The notes beneath the pieces are model-generated. The model did not search any database, was not told the origin of the DNA, and worked only from the letters and a program-made list of their open reading frames with translations. 64,000 nt of DNA, taken from NCBI GenBank assembly GCA_042090305.1, contig JBELJQ010000002.1:1970-65969 (forward strand). The letters run 5' to 3'. A program made the translations under genes and the position numbers. Within the stretch, counting starts at the first letter, position 1, and each line of letters begins with the position of its first letter. This document shows, piece by piece, positions 20,622 through 31,293 of this stretch. The DNA comes from Pelagibacteraceae bacterium (GTDB lineage Bacteria; Pseudomonadota; Alphaproteobacteria; Methylaequorales; Methylaequoraceae).

Positions 20622-21298
20622 TGAAACAAGATATAATTAGGTTTAATTTTAAATTCAATAATAATGATTTTTTTGTTAGTGAGAAAAACGAATTAGCATA
20701 CACAATAATTAAAAGTTGGCCCAATTGGTCTAATAAATTTGTATATATTTATGGTCCAGATAAGTGTGGTAAGTCCCAAATATGTTCTATTTGGAGAGGG
20801 TTATCTCAATGTATTTTCATAAATAAAGAAAACTTTTCTAAAAAGTTACTTAACTTGAATGATATTGAACACATTCAAAGTGAGAATTGGGTTATCGATG
20901 ATGTTGATCATATCATTGAGTTTAATAATAATTTTTATCAAGAAAAAATATTAAATCTTATTAATATAATTAAAACAAGTAACGAGTCCCATATGCTAAT
21001 GACAGCTAAAAAAACACCTAAATTTATAAATTCTAGTCTTAAGGATTTAATTTCAAGACTATCATCGTCTATTGTTGTTGAGATGAATGACCCAGATGAA
21101 AGTCTATTAAAAAAAATAATTGAGAAATATTTAAGTGATAGGAATATCTATATTTCAGAAGAAGAATTGAATTATCTTATTTGTAGAATAGAAAGGTCAT
21201 ATAAATCTGCTATCAAAGTTGCTAAATTAGTTGATGAAAAGTCACTGCAAAATAAAAGGAAAATAAATAAGTTATTCCTGAAAACAATTATTGACTAG
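20621..21298 (+). CDS. hda: DnaA-related regulatory inactivator Hda/HdaA
   Basis: 225 aa, AAA+ Walker A-like YIYGPDKCGKSQI. Conserved purM-neighbour position. Confidence 0.6.
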   Translation: MKQDIIRFNFKFNNNDFFVSEKNELAYTIIKSWPNWSNKFVYIYGPDKCGKSQICSIWRGLSQCIFINKENFSKKLLNLNDIEHIQSENWVIDDVDHIIEFNNNFYQEKILNLINIIKTSNESHMLMTAKKTPKFINSSLKDLISRLSSSIVVEMNDPDESLLKKIIEKYLSDRNIYISEEELNYLICRIERSYKSAIKVAKLVDEKSLQNKRKINKLFLKTIID

Positions 21299-22127
21299 AG
21301 AGATTAATTAATTCATCTAATTTTTTTCTTAGTTCTCTATCTTTTATTTTCTTTATAATATTTTCTTTTAATTTGTTTGATGATTTTTTCATTAAAAGTA
21401 ATTTAATTTCATGATTTTTAATTATCCATTTTATTGGAATATTTTTTTTGATTGCTACTTTTTCTCTCAATTCACAAATATATTTTAATAGGTTTAATTC
21501 CCTATCTGTTTTTGGAAAAAATTTTAATTTTCTCCAAGCGTATTTTGGTTTTTCTGTGTAGGTTTTAGGATCTGATATTTTTTTATGTAGTTGATTTACT
21601 TTATCTTTTCTTTTGACCCTTTTTAGCTCTCTATTTAATTTTTCATAAAGAGGTAAAAGGTATTTAACATCATTAATGGCATACAAAATTTTATCTTTTT
21701 TTAAAGGTCTTTTCCTCCAATCTATAAATTGATTATTTTTATTTAAACTGATTGCTAAAAAAAATTTGCAGGCTGCCGAATAACTTAATGAATAATTTTT
21801 TATAATTAATGAAATACATATTTGAAGATCAACTAACGGGGATGGGACTCTTTTAAAAATATTGAATAAGACCTCAATATCTTGACTTGCTGCAAAAAAT
21901 ACTTTTGTTATCTTATCATTGAACAATAAATCTTTTAAGAAATTTTCATCTAAATTATTTTCAATTGGATCTAAAATAATACTATTATTCAAGTTTGATA
22001 GTTGAATTAAACAAAGTTCAGGACGATAACTATTTACTCGGTAAAACTCAGTATCTATACCTAATAATTTATCCTTTTGACATTCTAAATAGAATTGTTT
22101 TAATTTATCTTTACTTAAAGTAGACAT
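21288..22127 (-). CDS. rnd: Ribonuclease D-like 3'-5' exonuclease (short form)
   Basis: DEDDy exonuclease motifs ([23 protein letters not shown]). 279 aa. Confidence 0.75.
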   Translation of the reverse strand: MSTLSKDKLKQFYLECQKDKLLGIDTEFYRVNSYRPELCLIQLSNLNNSIILDPIENNLDENFLKDLLFNDKITKVFFAASQDIEVLFNIFKRVPSPLVDLQICISLIIKNYSLSYSAACKFFLAISLNKNNQFIDWRKRPLKKDKILYAINDVKYLLPLYEKLNRELKRVKRKDKVNQLHKKISDPKTYTEKPKYAWRKLKFFPKTDRELNLLKYICELREKVAIKKNIPIKWIIKNHEIKLLLMKKSSNKLKENIIKKIKDRELRKKLDELINLSSQ

Positions 22128-22166
22128 TTAATTAATTATTATCATTATAAATTATTTTCATCAATT

Positions 22167-23936
22167 ATGAGTATATATAGAACAAATACATGTGGAGAGC
22201 TATCTAGTCGAAATATAGACGAGGAAGTTTATTTATCAGGTTGGGTAAATAAAAAACGTGACCATGGTGGACTTTTGTTTATTGACCTTAGAGACCACTA
22301 TGGCATCACACAATGTGTATTTGACTCACAGATCAACAATTTTATTGATATAGAGTCAATAAAGCTTGAGAGTGTTATCAAAGTAAAAGGCAAAGTAATT
22401 AAAAGGTCAGATGAGACAATCAACAAATCACTTATCACCGGTGAAATTGAGATATTTGCTAATTCTTTTGAAATATTAAACCCCTCATTTCAAATCCCAT
22501 TCCAAGTTGCTATAGATGATGATTCACCTGAGGAATTACGCTTAAAATTCAGATATCTAGATTTGAGAAGAGATAAAATTCATAATAATATAGTTTTACG
22601 TTCGAATGTTATCAAATCATTAAGGGAAAAAATGAGTAATGCAGGTTTTCAAGAGATACAAACACCAATTCTAACCGCTTCATCTCCAGAAGGCGCTAGA
22701 GATTTTCTGGTACCAAGCAGACTAAATAAAGGTAAATTTTACGCCTTACCTCAAGCTCCACAGATATTTAAGCAACTATTAATGGTTTCAAATTTTGATA
22801 AATATTTTCAAATTGCTCCATGCTTCAGAGATGAAGATGCTAGGGCAGATAGGTCACCTGGAGAGTTTTATCAATTAGATTTTGAAATGTCATTTGTTGA
22901 ACAAGAGGATATATTCAATGAAATTGAGCCAATAATATTCGAAATTTTTAATGAATTTTCCAAAAGGAAGATTTCTAAACCACCATTCAAAAAAATATCC
23001 TATAAGGAATCTATGTTAATGTATGGAACTGATAAACCTGATCTACGAAACCCATTAGTGGTTATTGATGTTACAAGTTATTTTATAGATTCTGGTTTTA
23101 AAATATTTGAATCAAACATTTCTAATGGGTTTATTGTTAAGGCAATTGTTTGTCCCAAATCTGCAGATAAACCAAGAGCATGGTTTGATAAATTAAATAA
23201 TTGGGCCAGAGAGAATGGACAAAAGGGACTTGGTTATATTATCTTTTCAGAAAATAATTTAAAAGGACCAATAGCAAGTAATCTCAAAGAAGATAACTTA
23301 AAAAAAATTGTAGAATTTTCGAATATAAAAAATGGAGATTCAATCTTTTTTATATGTGATGAACCAAAGACCGCGACAAAATTTTCTGGAATAGCTAGAG
23401 AAAAATTATGTAAAGAATTAGATTTACTAAAAAAAGATAGTTTTGAATTTTGTTGGATTATTGATTATCCGATGTACGAAATAAACGAAAACTCAGAAAT
23501 AGATTTTAGTCATAATCCGTTTTCGATGCCACAAGGAGGAATGGATGCACTTCAAAATAAAGACCCACTTGAAATATTAGCCTATCAATTTGATATTGTT
23601 TGCAATGGAATTGAATTATCTTCTGGTGCGATAAGGAATCACAAGCCAGAGATTATGGTCAAAGCTTTTGAAGTTGCAGGTTATTCTGAAAAACAACTTA
23701 AAGATCAATTTGGTTTTCTCTTTGATGCATTTCAATATGGCGCCCCTCCTCATGGTGGGTCTGCGCCAGGAATTGATAGAATAGTAATGCTTTTAGCAGG
23801 GGAAGAAAATTTGAGAGAAGTTGTTGCTTTTCCAATGAATCAGAGAGCTGAAGACTTGATGCTAGGTTCGCCAAACACAGTTTCAGATAAACATCTAAAA
23901 GAGCTGGGACTAACAATAAAAAAAAATACTACTTAA
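22167..23936 (+). CDS. aspS: Aspartyl-tRNA synthetase
   Basis: FIDLRDHYG, class II motifs ([28 protein letters not shown]). 589 aa. Confidence 0.97.
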   Translation: MSIYRTNTCGELSSRNIDEEVYLSGWVNKKRDHGGLLFIDLRDHYGITQCVFDSQINNFIDIESIKLESVIKVKGKVIKRSDETINKSLITGEIEIFANSFEILNPSFQIPFQVAIDDDSPEELRLKFRYLDLRRDKIHNNIVLRSNVIKSLREKMSNAGFQEIQTPILTASSPEGARDFLVPSRLNKGKFYALPQAPQIFKQLLMVSNFDKYFQIAPCFRDEDARADRSPGEFYQLDFEMSFVEQEDIFNEIEPIIFEIFNEFSKRKISKPPFKKISYKESMLMYGTDKPDLRNPLVVIDVTSYFIDSGFKIFESNISNGFIVKAIVCPKSADKPRAWFDKLNNWARENGQKGLGYIIFSENNLKGPIASNLKEDNLKKIVEFSNIKNGDSIFFICDEPKTATKFSGIAREKLCKELDLLKKDSFEFCWIIDYPMYEINENSEIDFSHNPFSMPQGGMDALQNKDPLEILAYQFDIVCNGIELSSGAIRNHKPEIMVKAFEVAGYSEKQLKDQFGFLFDAFQYGAPPHGGSAPGIDRIVMLLAGEENLREVVAFPMNQRAEDLMLGSPNTVSDKHLKELGLTIKKNTT

Positions 23937-24096
23937 TTTTTTGTTCTTTGAAAATTACGTGTTTGCGAGCTTTTGGATCGTACTTTTTTAACTCAAGCTT
24001 CTCAGCTTTAGTCTTAGGATTTCTGAATTTCACGTAAAAGTAACCTGTATCAGCTGTACTGACCATTTTTACTTGTATAGTATTAGATTTTGCCAT
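23929..24096 (-). CDS. rpmG: 50S ribosomal protein L33
   Basis: Not in the ORF track (55 aa). Hand translation: [55 protein letters not shown]. Its stop overlaps the aspS 3' end by 8 nt (convergent). Confidence 0.9.
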   Translation of the reverse strand: MAKSNTIQVKMVSTADTGYFYVKFRNPKTKAEKLELKKYDPKARKHVIFKEQKIK

Positions 24097-24132
24097 GTAG
24101 TCTTTATAAAATATTTATCTGGACTGTCAAGT

Positions 24133-24489
24133 TTATATCGATTTATCATCAACAAAGATTTGAAAACCGATGAATGCTCCTTTTATTTTTGGAAGTAACC
24201 AAAGACATAAAATTATAGTTATAATTGGCCAAATTATCATTTGTAAGACGATAGGTGGACTTAAATTTTTCTCTATCAGCAGAACAATCGGAATAATTAC
24301 ATGTCCCACAATTAATATTGTAATGTATGCTGGACCATCATCAGATTTATAAGCTGATAAATTTTTCCCACAATTTTGACATTTAGGAAATATTTTTAGA
24401 AATTTAGAAAAAAGTGGAGACTCTCCACAGGAGGGGCATTTTTTCTTAAATCCTCTTTTCATAAATTTAGTTTTACTCATTACTGTCAA
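24133..24489 (-). CDS. DUF983 zinc-ribbon membrane protein
   Basis: CPSCG...CQNCG zinc ribbon followed by DDGPAYITILIVGHV and two TM helices. This is the typical DUF983 pattern. Confidence 0.7.
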   Translation of the reverse strand: MTVMSKTKFMKRGFKKKCPSCGESPLFSKFLKIFPKCQNCGKNLSAYKSDDGPAYITILIVGHVIIPIVLLIEKNLSPPIVLQMIIWPIITIILCLWLLPKIKGAFIGFQIFVDDKSI

Positions 24490-25930
24490 TTATTTTTACA
24501 TTCCCTAGTAAAATTTTTCCATTATTAATATTATTTTTTATAATTTTAAAATTAACTAACTGCCCAAGTTGAATGCTATTTTTTGAAATCTCTCTCGAAA
24601 TATGCCTAAACCTAGCAAGACCTGAGAAAGGTAAATCAATAGCCTTAATGAAAATACCAAAATCTTCTACACCATCTACAATTCCGTTAAAATAGTATTT
24701 TTTTTTTTTATTTATATACAAACTACAAGCTCTTTCAGTTACTTTTCGTTCTAAGTCATCTCCTCTTTTTTCTTGATTTGTAAGATATTCCATAAGATCT
24801 TTACTATTTTTATTTGAACTTTTACTAAAAATTATCTCTAGTAAGTCTCTATGAACAATTAAATCAGAATAACGTCTTATAGGTGAGGTGAAATGTGTGT
24901 AGTATTCAAGACCTAAACCGAAATGACCAATATTATTTATATCATAATAAGCTTTTGATTGTGTCCTCAACATTACATCATTTAAAAAGTTAAAATCCTT
25001 CGATGAGATATTTTGCAAATAAAAGTTAAAGTCACTTTGTGTATTAAAATCCCTATTATTTTTTATTTGTCTATCTGCTAGGGCTCTTTTCAATTCAACT
25101 ATTTTTTCTTTCTTGGGCTTGTCATGATTTCTAAATGCTGATTTTACTCCTTTAGAAAATAATAACTTGGCCGTTACATTATTGGCGAGCACCATTAATT
25201 CTTCAATTAGCCTATATGATTTATAATTTTTTTTTTTTTTAAATTCAAAATCCTCAGAGTTTTTAAAGTTCACCTCGTACTCTTGATTACTAAATTTTAA
25301 TTTCCCCCTTTTTTCTGAAACGTTAACCAAAATGTCTTGTGCGTGAAATAGATTTTTAACTAAACAAAAATACTTGCTTTTTTTATTACTTTGAATTTCA
25401 TCAACCTCTTGGTAAGTCAGTCTAGCTACCGACCTAATCTTACCTCTATGAAACTGATACTTATCAATTTTATTCCCTTTGATCTGAATTTCACAAATAA
25501 CACATGCCCTTATTTTTCTTGGTATAAGTGAACAAATATCATTTGATAATTTTTCAGGAAGCATAGGAATAACTCTATCTGGAAAATAAAACGAATTACC
25601 TCTTTTCCTCGCTTCCAAATCGATTGGGTCATTTTTTTCCACAAAAAAACTAACATCTGCTATTGCAACCATAATTCTTGTATTATTACTGTTAACTTCA
25701 CAATATACTGCATCATCAAAATCTTTACTATTTTCACCATCAATTGTTATGAAAGGGATAGAAGTGAAATCTTTATGCGAATTATCATCAAATTTTCTTA
25801 TAGATTTTAGTTGGGATATGATCTTATTTGAAAACCCTTGTCTTAATGATGTGTTTTTGATTTCTGCGTCAATAATATCTGAAAGATTAATTCTTTTTGA
25901 TAGCTTCTTTTTTTTTTTGTACTTTTTCAT
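24473..25930 (-). CDS. rnr: RNase II/R-family exoribonuclease, minimal form (RNB + S1, no N-terminal cold-shock domains)
   Basis: RNB motifs ITIDGENSKDFDDAVY, HFGLGLEYYTHFTSPIRRYSDL. C-terminal S1-like FNGIVDGVEDFGIFIK. Only 485 aa. Confidence 0.8.
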   Translation of the reverse strand: MKKYKKKKKLSKRINLSDIIDAEIKNTSLRQGFSNKIISQLKSIRKFDDNSHKDFTSIPFITIDGENSKDFDDAVYCEVNSNNTRIMVAIADVSFFVEKNDPIDLEARKRGNSFYFPDRVIPMLPEKLSNDICSLIPRKIRACVICEIQIKGNKIDKYQFHRGKIRSVARLTYQEVDEIQSNKKSKYFCLVKNLFHAQDILVNVSEKRGKLKFSNQEYEVNFKNSEDFEFKKKKNYKSYRLIEELMVLANNVTAKLLFSKGVKSAFRNHDKPKKEKIVELKRALADRQIKNNRDFNTQSDFNFYLQNISSKDFNFLNDVMLRTQSKAYYDINNIGHFGLGLEYYTHFTSPIRRYSDLIVHRDLLEIIFSKSSNKNSKDLMEYLTNQEKRGDDLERKVTERACSLYINKKKKYYFNGIVDGVEDFGIFIKAIDLPFSGLARFRHISREISKNSIQLGQLVNFKIIKNNINNGKILLGNVKIIDSNE

Positions 25931-28352
25931 CTATTACTTTTAATGCTTCCTGAAGAGATATTTTCTTATCAGTAAGTTCTTTTGGAATTGAGAAATTTTT
26001 TTTATTGTATGATAAATAGTCTGGTCTTCCTTTTATACCTTTTTTTTGAATAATTAATTTTTTTGAATCTGGATGTATACCAATTTCTATTTCTTTTTTT
26101 AACTTAAGATTTTCTTCAATCAATTCAATTGCTCTATTTATACCGATCTCCGTAACATCATCCTCCTTTAATGAAATAAATTTATTATTATGCTTGAGGT
26201 AAGGTCCATAAGGACCAATTGAAGCAACAATAATCTTTTTTGATTCTGGATGTTCACCAATTTTTCTTGGTAATGATAAAAGTTTTATAGATTTATCCAA
26301 ATCAACTTCTTCATTTTTCATTTTTTTTGGTATGCTGATTCTTTTTGGTTTGTTCTCATCTGAAGGGGTTTCAAGATATCTACCATATCTTCCAATTTTT
26401 AATAAAATCTGATTGTTTGAGCTAGGATCTATGCCTATTAATTTTCCATCACCAGATAATTCTTTATTTTCCTCATCGTCACCTATAGCATGGCTATAAT
26501 TACACCCATTGGAATCTTTATTGTAGTTTGTACATCCAATAAATGGACCAGTGTACGAAAATTTGATTGTTAAAGCACCATCTTTACATTTAGGACACTT
26601 TTGTTCTTTCAAAATTTCCGGACTTTCTTCATTTATTTTATCTATTACTTGAGAAATACTGTGTTTTTCAACTTCATCTACAGTTTGATTAAGTAAATCT
26701 AAGAATTTCTGAAGCGTAGTTTTCCAATCAAGTTTTGATTCTGTAATTTTATCTAATTGCTCTTCTAATCCAGCTGTGAAACTATAATCTACAAATTTAT
26801 CAAAAAATCCATCGAGAAATTTTGAGAGAATTTTACCTTTAGAAGTTGGTATTAAAGCTTTATTTTTAATGTTTATATAGGTATTTTTTTCAAGTTTTGT
26901 GAAAATTGCTACATAAGTTGAGGGTCTTCCAATGCCAAGCTCTTCTAACTTTTTAATTAATCCCGCTTCTGAATATCTATTAGGAGGTTTTGTAAAATTT
27001 TGTTTGATATTTAAATTATTGACTAAAATTTTTTCTCCTTTTTCTAGTTCAGGGAGGGTTTGTTCTTCTTCTTTAGGATCTTTAAAGTTATAAATTTTTT
27101 TAAAACCATCAAAAACCTGTATGGAACCTGATGCTTTCAAAATAAACTCACCACCCTTAAAATAATATAACGTTTCAAGGGTTTGACTTTGAGACATTTG
27201 CGATGCAACAGTTCTTTTCCATATTAAATCATATAATTTAAATTGATCATTAGTTAGGATATCTTTGATATCATCTGGTTTTATTTTTAATTGTGTAGGT
27301 GTGACTGCTTCGTGGCCTTGTTGAACAAATTTAGATTTTTCTTTGTATATGATTTCTTTTTCAGAAAGATAATTACCTCCAATCTGGCTATTAATCATTT
27401 CTCTTAGCTCATCAATTTCGCCCTTTTTCATCTTATTAGAGTCTGTTCTATGATAGGTGATAAGAGCACCTAATTTTCCTAAACCATCACCATCTTTTAA
27501 TTGTTGAGCAAGTGTATTAGTGTATTTAGGACTGAAACCTAATTTTGATGAGGCATCTTGAAGTAAAAGTGAGTTTGAATATGGTGAATATGGATTTCTT
27601 CTCTTTTCTCTTTTAACAACGTTTTCCACAAAAAACTCTGAATTGATTATTTTCTTTTTAAGTTCTAGAGCATCTTTTTCATTCTCTACTGACAATTTAT
27701 TAAATTTTTTTTCTTTTACTGAAATTAATTCACATGAAATTTTATTATTACTTTTATCCTTCAAACTAATATCTAACTCCCAAAATTCTTTCTTAATAAA
27801 TAAATCTATTTCTTTTTCTTTTTCACATAATAATTTCAATGTAGGCGATTGTACTCTCCCAGCTGAATTACCAAATATAGTTCTTCTTTTTGTAATTGGA
27901 GAGATTTTGTATCCAAAAAATCTATCGAGAAACCTCCTAGTCATTGCTGCATTTACCAGACTTTGATTTATTTCTCTTGGTTTATTTATAGCATCAATAA
28001 TATCCTCTTTTCTAATTGCAGAAAATTCAATTCTTTTAAAGGTTTTATTATCAAGTAATTTTTTTTCTCTACATATTTCAATTAAATGCCAAGCAATCAA
28101 CTCACCCTCTCTGTCAGGGTCAAGAGCTAGAAATATTTCATCGGATTTTTTTATGAGACTCAGAATGGGCTCAATCTTTTTTTTATCCACTTCCCACTTT
28201 TTAACAATGAAATCATTATTCTCTTCGATTCCCATTCCACTTGTTGGTAGATCTCGAAAGTGTCCAATGCTCGCCATTACTTCAAAATCCTGGTCTAAGT
28301 AGCCCTTTATTGTTTTGGCTTTGGCTGGTGATTCAACGACTAGTAGTTTCAT
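25887..28352 (-). CDS. topA: DNA topoisomerase I
   Basis: Toprim start MKLLVVESPAKAKTI, DPDREGE, active-site region ITYHRTDS, C-terminal zinc-ribbon CPKC. Confidence 0.97.
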   Translation of the reverse strand: MKLLVVESPAKAKTIKGYLDQDFEVMASIGHFRDLPTSGMGIEENNDFIVKKWEVDKKKIEPILSLIKKSDEIFLALDPDREGELIAWHLIEICREKKLLDNKTFKRIEFSAIRKEDIIDAINKPREINQSLVNAAMTRRFLDRFFGYKISPITKRRTIFGNSAGRVQSPTLKLLCEKEKEIDLFIKKEFWELDISLKDKSNNKISCELISVKEKKFNKLSVENEKDALELKKKIINSEFFVENVVKREKRRNPYSPYSNSLLLQDASSKLGFSPKYTNTLAQQLKDGDGLGKLGALITYHRTDSNKMKKGEIDELREMINSQIGGNYLSEKEIIYKEKSKFVQQGHEAVTPTQLKIKPDDIKDILTNDQFKLYDLIWKRTVASQMSQSQTLETLYYFKGGEFILKASGSIQVFDGFKKIYNFKDPKEEEQTLPELEKGEKILVNNLNIKQNFTKPPNRYSEAGLIKKLEELGIGRPSTYVAIFTKLEKNTYINIKNKALIPTSKGKILSKFLDGFFDKFVDYSFTAGLEEQLDKITESKLDWKTTLQKFLDLLNQTVDEVEKHSISQVIDKINEESPEILKEQKCPKCKDGALTIKFSYTGPFIGCTNYNKDSNGCNYSHAIGDDEENKELSGDGKLIGIDPSSNNQILLKIGRYGRYLETPSDENKPKRISIPKKMKNEEVDLDKSIKLLSLPRKIGEHPESKKIIVASIGPYGPYLKHNNKFISLKEDDVTEIGINRAIELIEENLKLKKEIEIGIHPDSKKLIIQKKGIKGRPDYLSYNKKNFSIPKELTDKKISLQEALKVIDEKVQKKKEAIKKN

Positions 28353-28395
28353 AATTTATCAGATTTACTATATTGATAAATTGAAAAAGTCAAAA

Positions 28396-28992
28396 TTAAT
28401 TTTCTTTTTTTAAAATTATTTTTGACTCTTGACCTTTGAAAAGTCTTAATATGTTAGCTTTATGTTTATAAATAATCAAAGTTAAGATAAATAACATTAC
28501 AAATAATAAGTCGTCATTTTTTGTAAAAACAAATAAAGAAGTGGAAATCAAAGCTACCAACGCTGCTAAAGAAGAATATCTTGTTATTAACGCGGTTAGC
28601 AACCAGATGAGAACATAAAATTGTCCATAAATTGGATTGTATGCGAGTAAGGAACCAATTAAAACTGCAATTCCTTTACCTCCTTTAAATTTTATCCAAA
28701 CTGGAAAGAGGTGACCTATAAATATTGCAAGTATAGCTTCTTCGATATGAGTAAAATTTAAACTCTTTATCAAAAGCATTAAAGGAATATAAGCCTTTGC
28801 TACATCAAGTATAAGTGTTAAAAGACCAACTTTCCACCCACTTATTCTCAACATGTTGGTTGCCCCAATATTTTTTGAACCAGACTGTCTTGGATCATCT
28901 TTTCTTAATAATTTTGAAATAAGCAAACCACATGGTATTGAGCCAAGAAAGTAACATATTAAAATTATTAAAAGGTCAGAGTTTGTAAACAA
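28396..28992 (-). CDS. plsY: Glycerol-3-phosphate acyltransferase PlsY
   Basis: GSKNIGATNMLR and FKGGKGIA motifs. Polytopic, 198 aa. Confidence 0.93.
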   Translation of the reverse strand: MFTNSDLLIILICYFLGSIPCGLLISKLLRKDDPRQSGSKNIGATNMLRISGWKVGLLTLILDVAKAYIPLMLLIKSLNFTHIEEAILAIFIGHLFPVWIKFKGGKGIAVLIGSLLAYNPIYGQFYVLIWLLTALITRYSSLAALVALISTSLFVFTKNDDLLFVMLFILTLIIYKHKANILRLFKGQESKIILKKEN

Positions 28993-30295
28993 GTCGTCCT
29001 CTTACGAATGTCATAATATTTTTCCCCTCTAATAGCATTCCATCAAATGGAGAGTTTTTAGATTTTGAAAAGAACTTTTCAGGAACTACTTTCCACGATT
29101 TTTCGGGATCAAATATTGAAATATCAGCTTCCATTTTCTCTTCAATCATTCCTGAGTTTAGTCCAAGTATTTTTGATGGATTATAAGATACTAGAGAAAT
29201 AGCTTTGAAAATATCAAGGTAATTATTTTTGACTAGAGATAAAGTGCATGACAAAAGAGTTTCAAGTCCTACTCCTCCAAATTCTGCTTGATTAAAAGGG
29301 AGTCTTTTTCCATCCTGATCATGGGGGGTATGATCAGATACAATTGAATCTATTGTGCCATCAATCAACCCCTTGATAATTTCCTGTCTATCCTCTTCAT
29401 TTCTTAGTGGTGGCGATAACTTCAAAAAAGTTCTATAACTCTCTAAAGATATATCATTTAATAAGAAATAGGGGGGGGCTGTATCACATGTAATTGGTAA
29501 TCCTTCTTTCTTTGCTTTTCTGATTACATCAACTGATTCTTTGGTGGAAATATGACTAACATGGTATCTGCAACCAGTGTCCTTTACCAACCAGATGTCT
29601 CTTTCAATTATCATTGCTTCTGCATAACTAGGTATACCAACCAACCCAAGTCTTGTTGAAATTTCACCTTCATTAATTACACCTTCTCCCGATAAATCAG
29701 GCTCCTCAGCATGTTGAATTATTAAACCATTGAAAGATTTAGCGTAATTCAAAGCTCTTTTCATGACTCTTGCATTTGCAACAGTTCTTAAACCATCAGT
29801 GAATCCTAATGCTCCTGATTTTTCCATTAACTGTAACTCACATATTTCCTTTCCAATGAACCCTCGCGTAATACAACCAGTACAGAATATTTTACTTAAT
29901 GCAACTTCTCTGGCCTTTCTTTGAATACTTTGAATTATCGCAGGTTGATCAATAGGAGGGGAAGTATTTGGCATGCATAATAATGAAGTAACTCCACCAC
30001 TTGTGGCTGACATGGATACACTTTTTATTGTTTCTTTATGCTCAAGTCCAGGTTCGCCAATATTGACCCTCATATCCACAAGACCTGGAGAAACTAATAG
30101 GTTCTTACAATCTATTATTTCAATATTAGAGTCATTTTTTTTTAAGTTTTCACCAATTTTCTCAATTACTTTACCATTAATAAGAATATCTTTTTTTTCT
30201 AAAGCTTTTCTTTTAAGATTTATTATTTTCCCATCTTTTAACAAATAATTTTTAGATTGCTTTTTATTATTATCAAAGGGATCGTCAATACTCAT
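28976..30295 (-). CDS. pyrC: Dihydroorotase-like protein, probably the non-catalytic PyrC' partner of ATCase
   Basis: Class I DHOase fold motifs ([22 protein letters not shown]). The N-terminal metal-binding DxHxH is replaced by [11 protein letters not shown]. Overlaps pyrB by 4 nt. Confidence 0.8.
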   Translation of the reverse strand: MSIDDPFDNNKKQSKNYLLKDGKIINLKRKALEKKDILINGKVIEKIGENLKKNDSNIEIIDCKNLLVSPGLVDMRVNIGEPGLEHKETIKSVSMSATSGGVTSLLCMPNTSPPIDQPAIIQSIQRKAREVALSKIFCTGCITRGFIGKEICELQLMEKSGALGFTDGLRTVANARVMKRALNYAKSFNGLIIQHAEEPDLSGEGVINEGEISTRLGLVGIPSYAEAMIIERDIWLVKDTGCRYHVSHISTKESVDVIRKAKKEGLPITCDTAPPYFLLNDISLESYRTFLKLSPPLRNEEDRQEIIKGLIDGTIDSIVSDHTPHDQDGKRLPFNQAEFGGVGLETLLSCTLSLVKNNYLDIFKAISLVSYNPSKILGLNSGMIEEKMEADISIFDPEKSWKVVPEKFFSKSKNSPFDGMLLEGKNIMTFVRGRLVYKL

Positions 30296-31251
30296 TTCTT
30301 TCCTTTTTCATGAGTTAGTGCTTTAAGACATGCCATTCTTACAGCAACACCCATTCTTACTTGTTCAAAAATTGCTGACCTATCAATATCATCTGCGAGT
30401 TCAGAATCAATTTCGACTCCTCTGTTCATTGGTCCTGGATGTAAAATAAGTGCTTCTGGTTTAGCATATTTTAGTTTTTCTCTATCAATACCATAAAATC
30501 TAAAGTATTCTCTCACAGATGGAACAAATGAACCCGACATTCTTTCCAATTGCAGCCTTAGCATAATTATTATATCAACATTTTCTAGACCACTTCGCAT
30601 GTCATAGAATACTTTAACACCAAGTGATTCTATAGCTTTAGGTATTAACGTAGCTGGGCCTATTACTCTTACTTCAGCTCCCAATGTATTTAAAAGGTGT
30701 ATATTTGATCTTGCCACTCTGCTATGCATTATATCTCCACAAATAGCAACGCGTAATCCACAAATTGTTTTTTTCCTACTTAGTATTGTTAATGCATCAA
30801 GCAGTGCTTGCGTTGGGTGTTCATGTGGACCATCGCCGGCATTGATAACACCACAATTAACTTTTTCAGAAAGCAGTTTTACAGCTCCGGCATCATAATG
30901 TCTCACAACTAAAATATCTGGTTGCATCGCGTTCAATGTCATAGCAGTATCAATCATTGTTTCACCTTTTTTGATTGAACTTGATCCTAGGGCGATATTA
31001 AGTATGTCAGCATTAAGTTTTTTTCCTGCCAATTCAAATGAAGTTCTGGTTCTCGTTGAGTTTTCAAAGAAAAGGTTTATACATATTTTATTTTTAAGAA
31101 AGTCAAATTTCTTTTTCTTATCTGACTTCAAATGATTAACAAATTTTTTTGAGAGTTCTAATAGATAGTTTATCTCACTTGGAATCAATCCCTCGATACC
31201 TAGTAAATGCCTGTGAGGATAGCTATCTAATTTAAGTTCCTCTTTCATCAA
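30292..31251 (-). CDS. pyrB: Aspartate carbamoyltransferase catalytic chain
   Basis: [27 protein letters not shown] motifs. Confidence 0.96.
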   Translation of the reverse strand: MMKEELKLDSYPHRHLLGIEGLIPSEINYLLELSKKFVNHLKSDKKKKFDFLKNKICINLFFENSTRTRTSFELAGKKLNADILNIALGSSSIKKGETMIDTAMTLNAMQPDILVVRHYDAGAVKLLSEKVNCGVINAGDGPHEHPTQALLDALTILSRKKTICGLRVAICGDIMHSRVARSNIHLLNTLGAEVRVIGPATLIPKAIESLGVKVFYDMRSGLENVDIIIMLRLQLERMSGSFVPSVREYFRFYGIDREKLKYAKPEALILHPGPMNRGVEIDSELADDIDRSAIFEQVRMGVAVRMACLKALTHEKGKK

Positions 31252-31293
31252 GTGGAATCATATAATTAAAAAAAAAAATGTTCAACTAACTTG

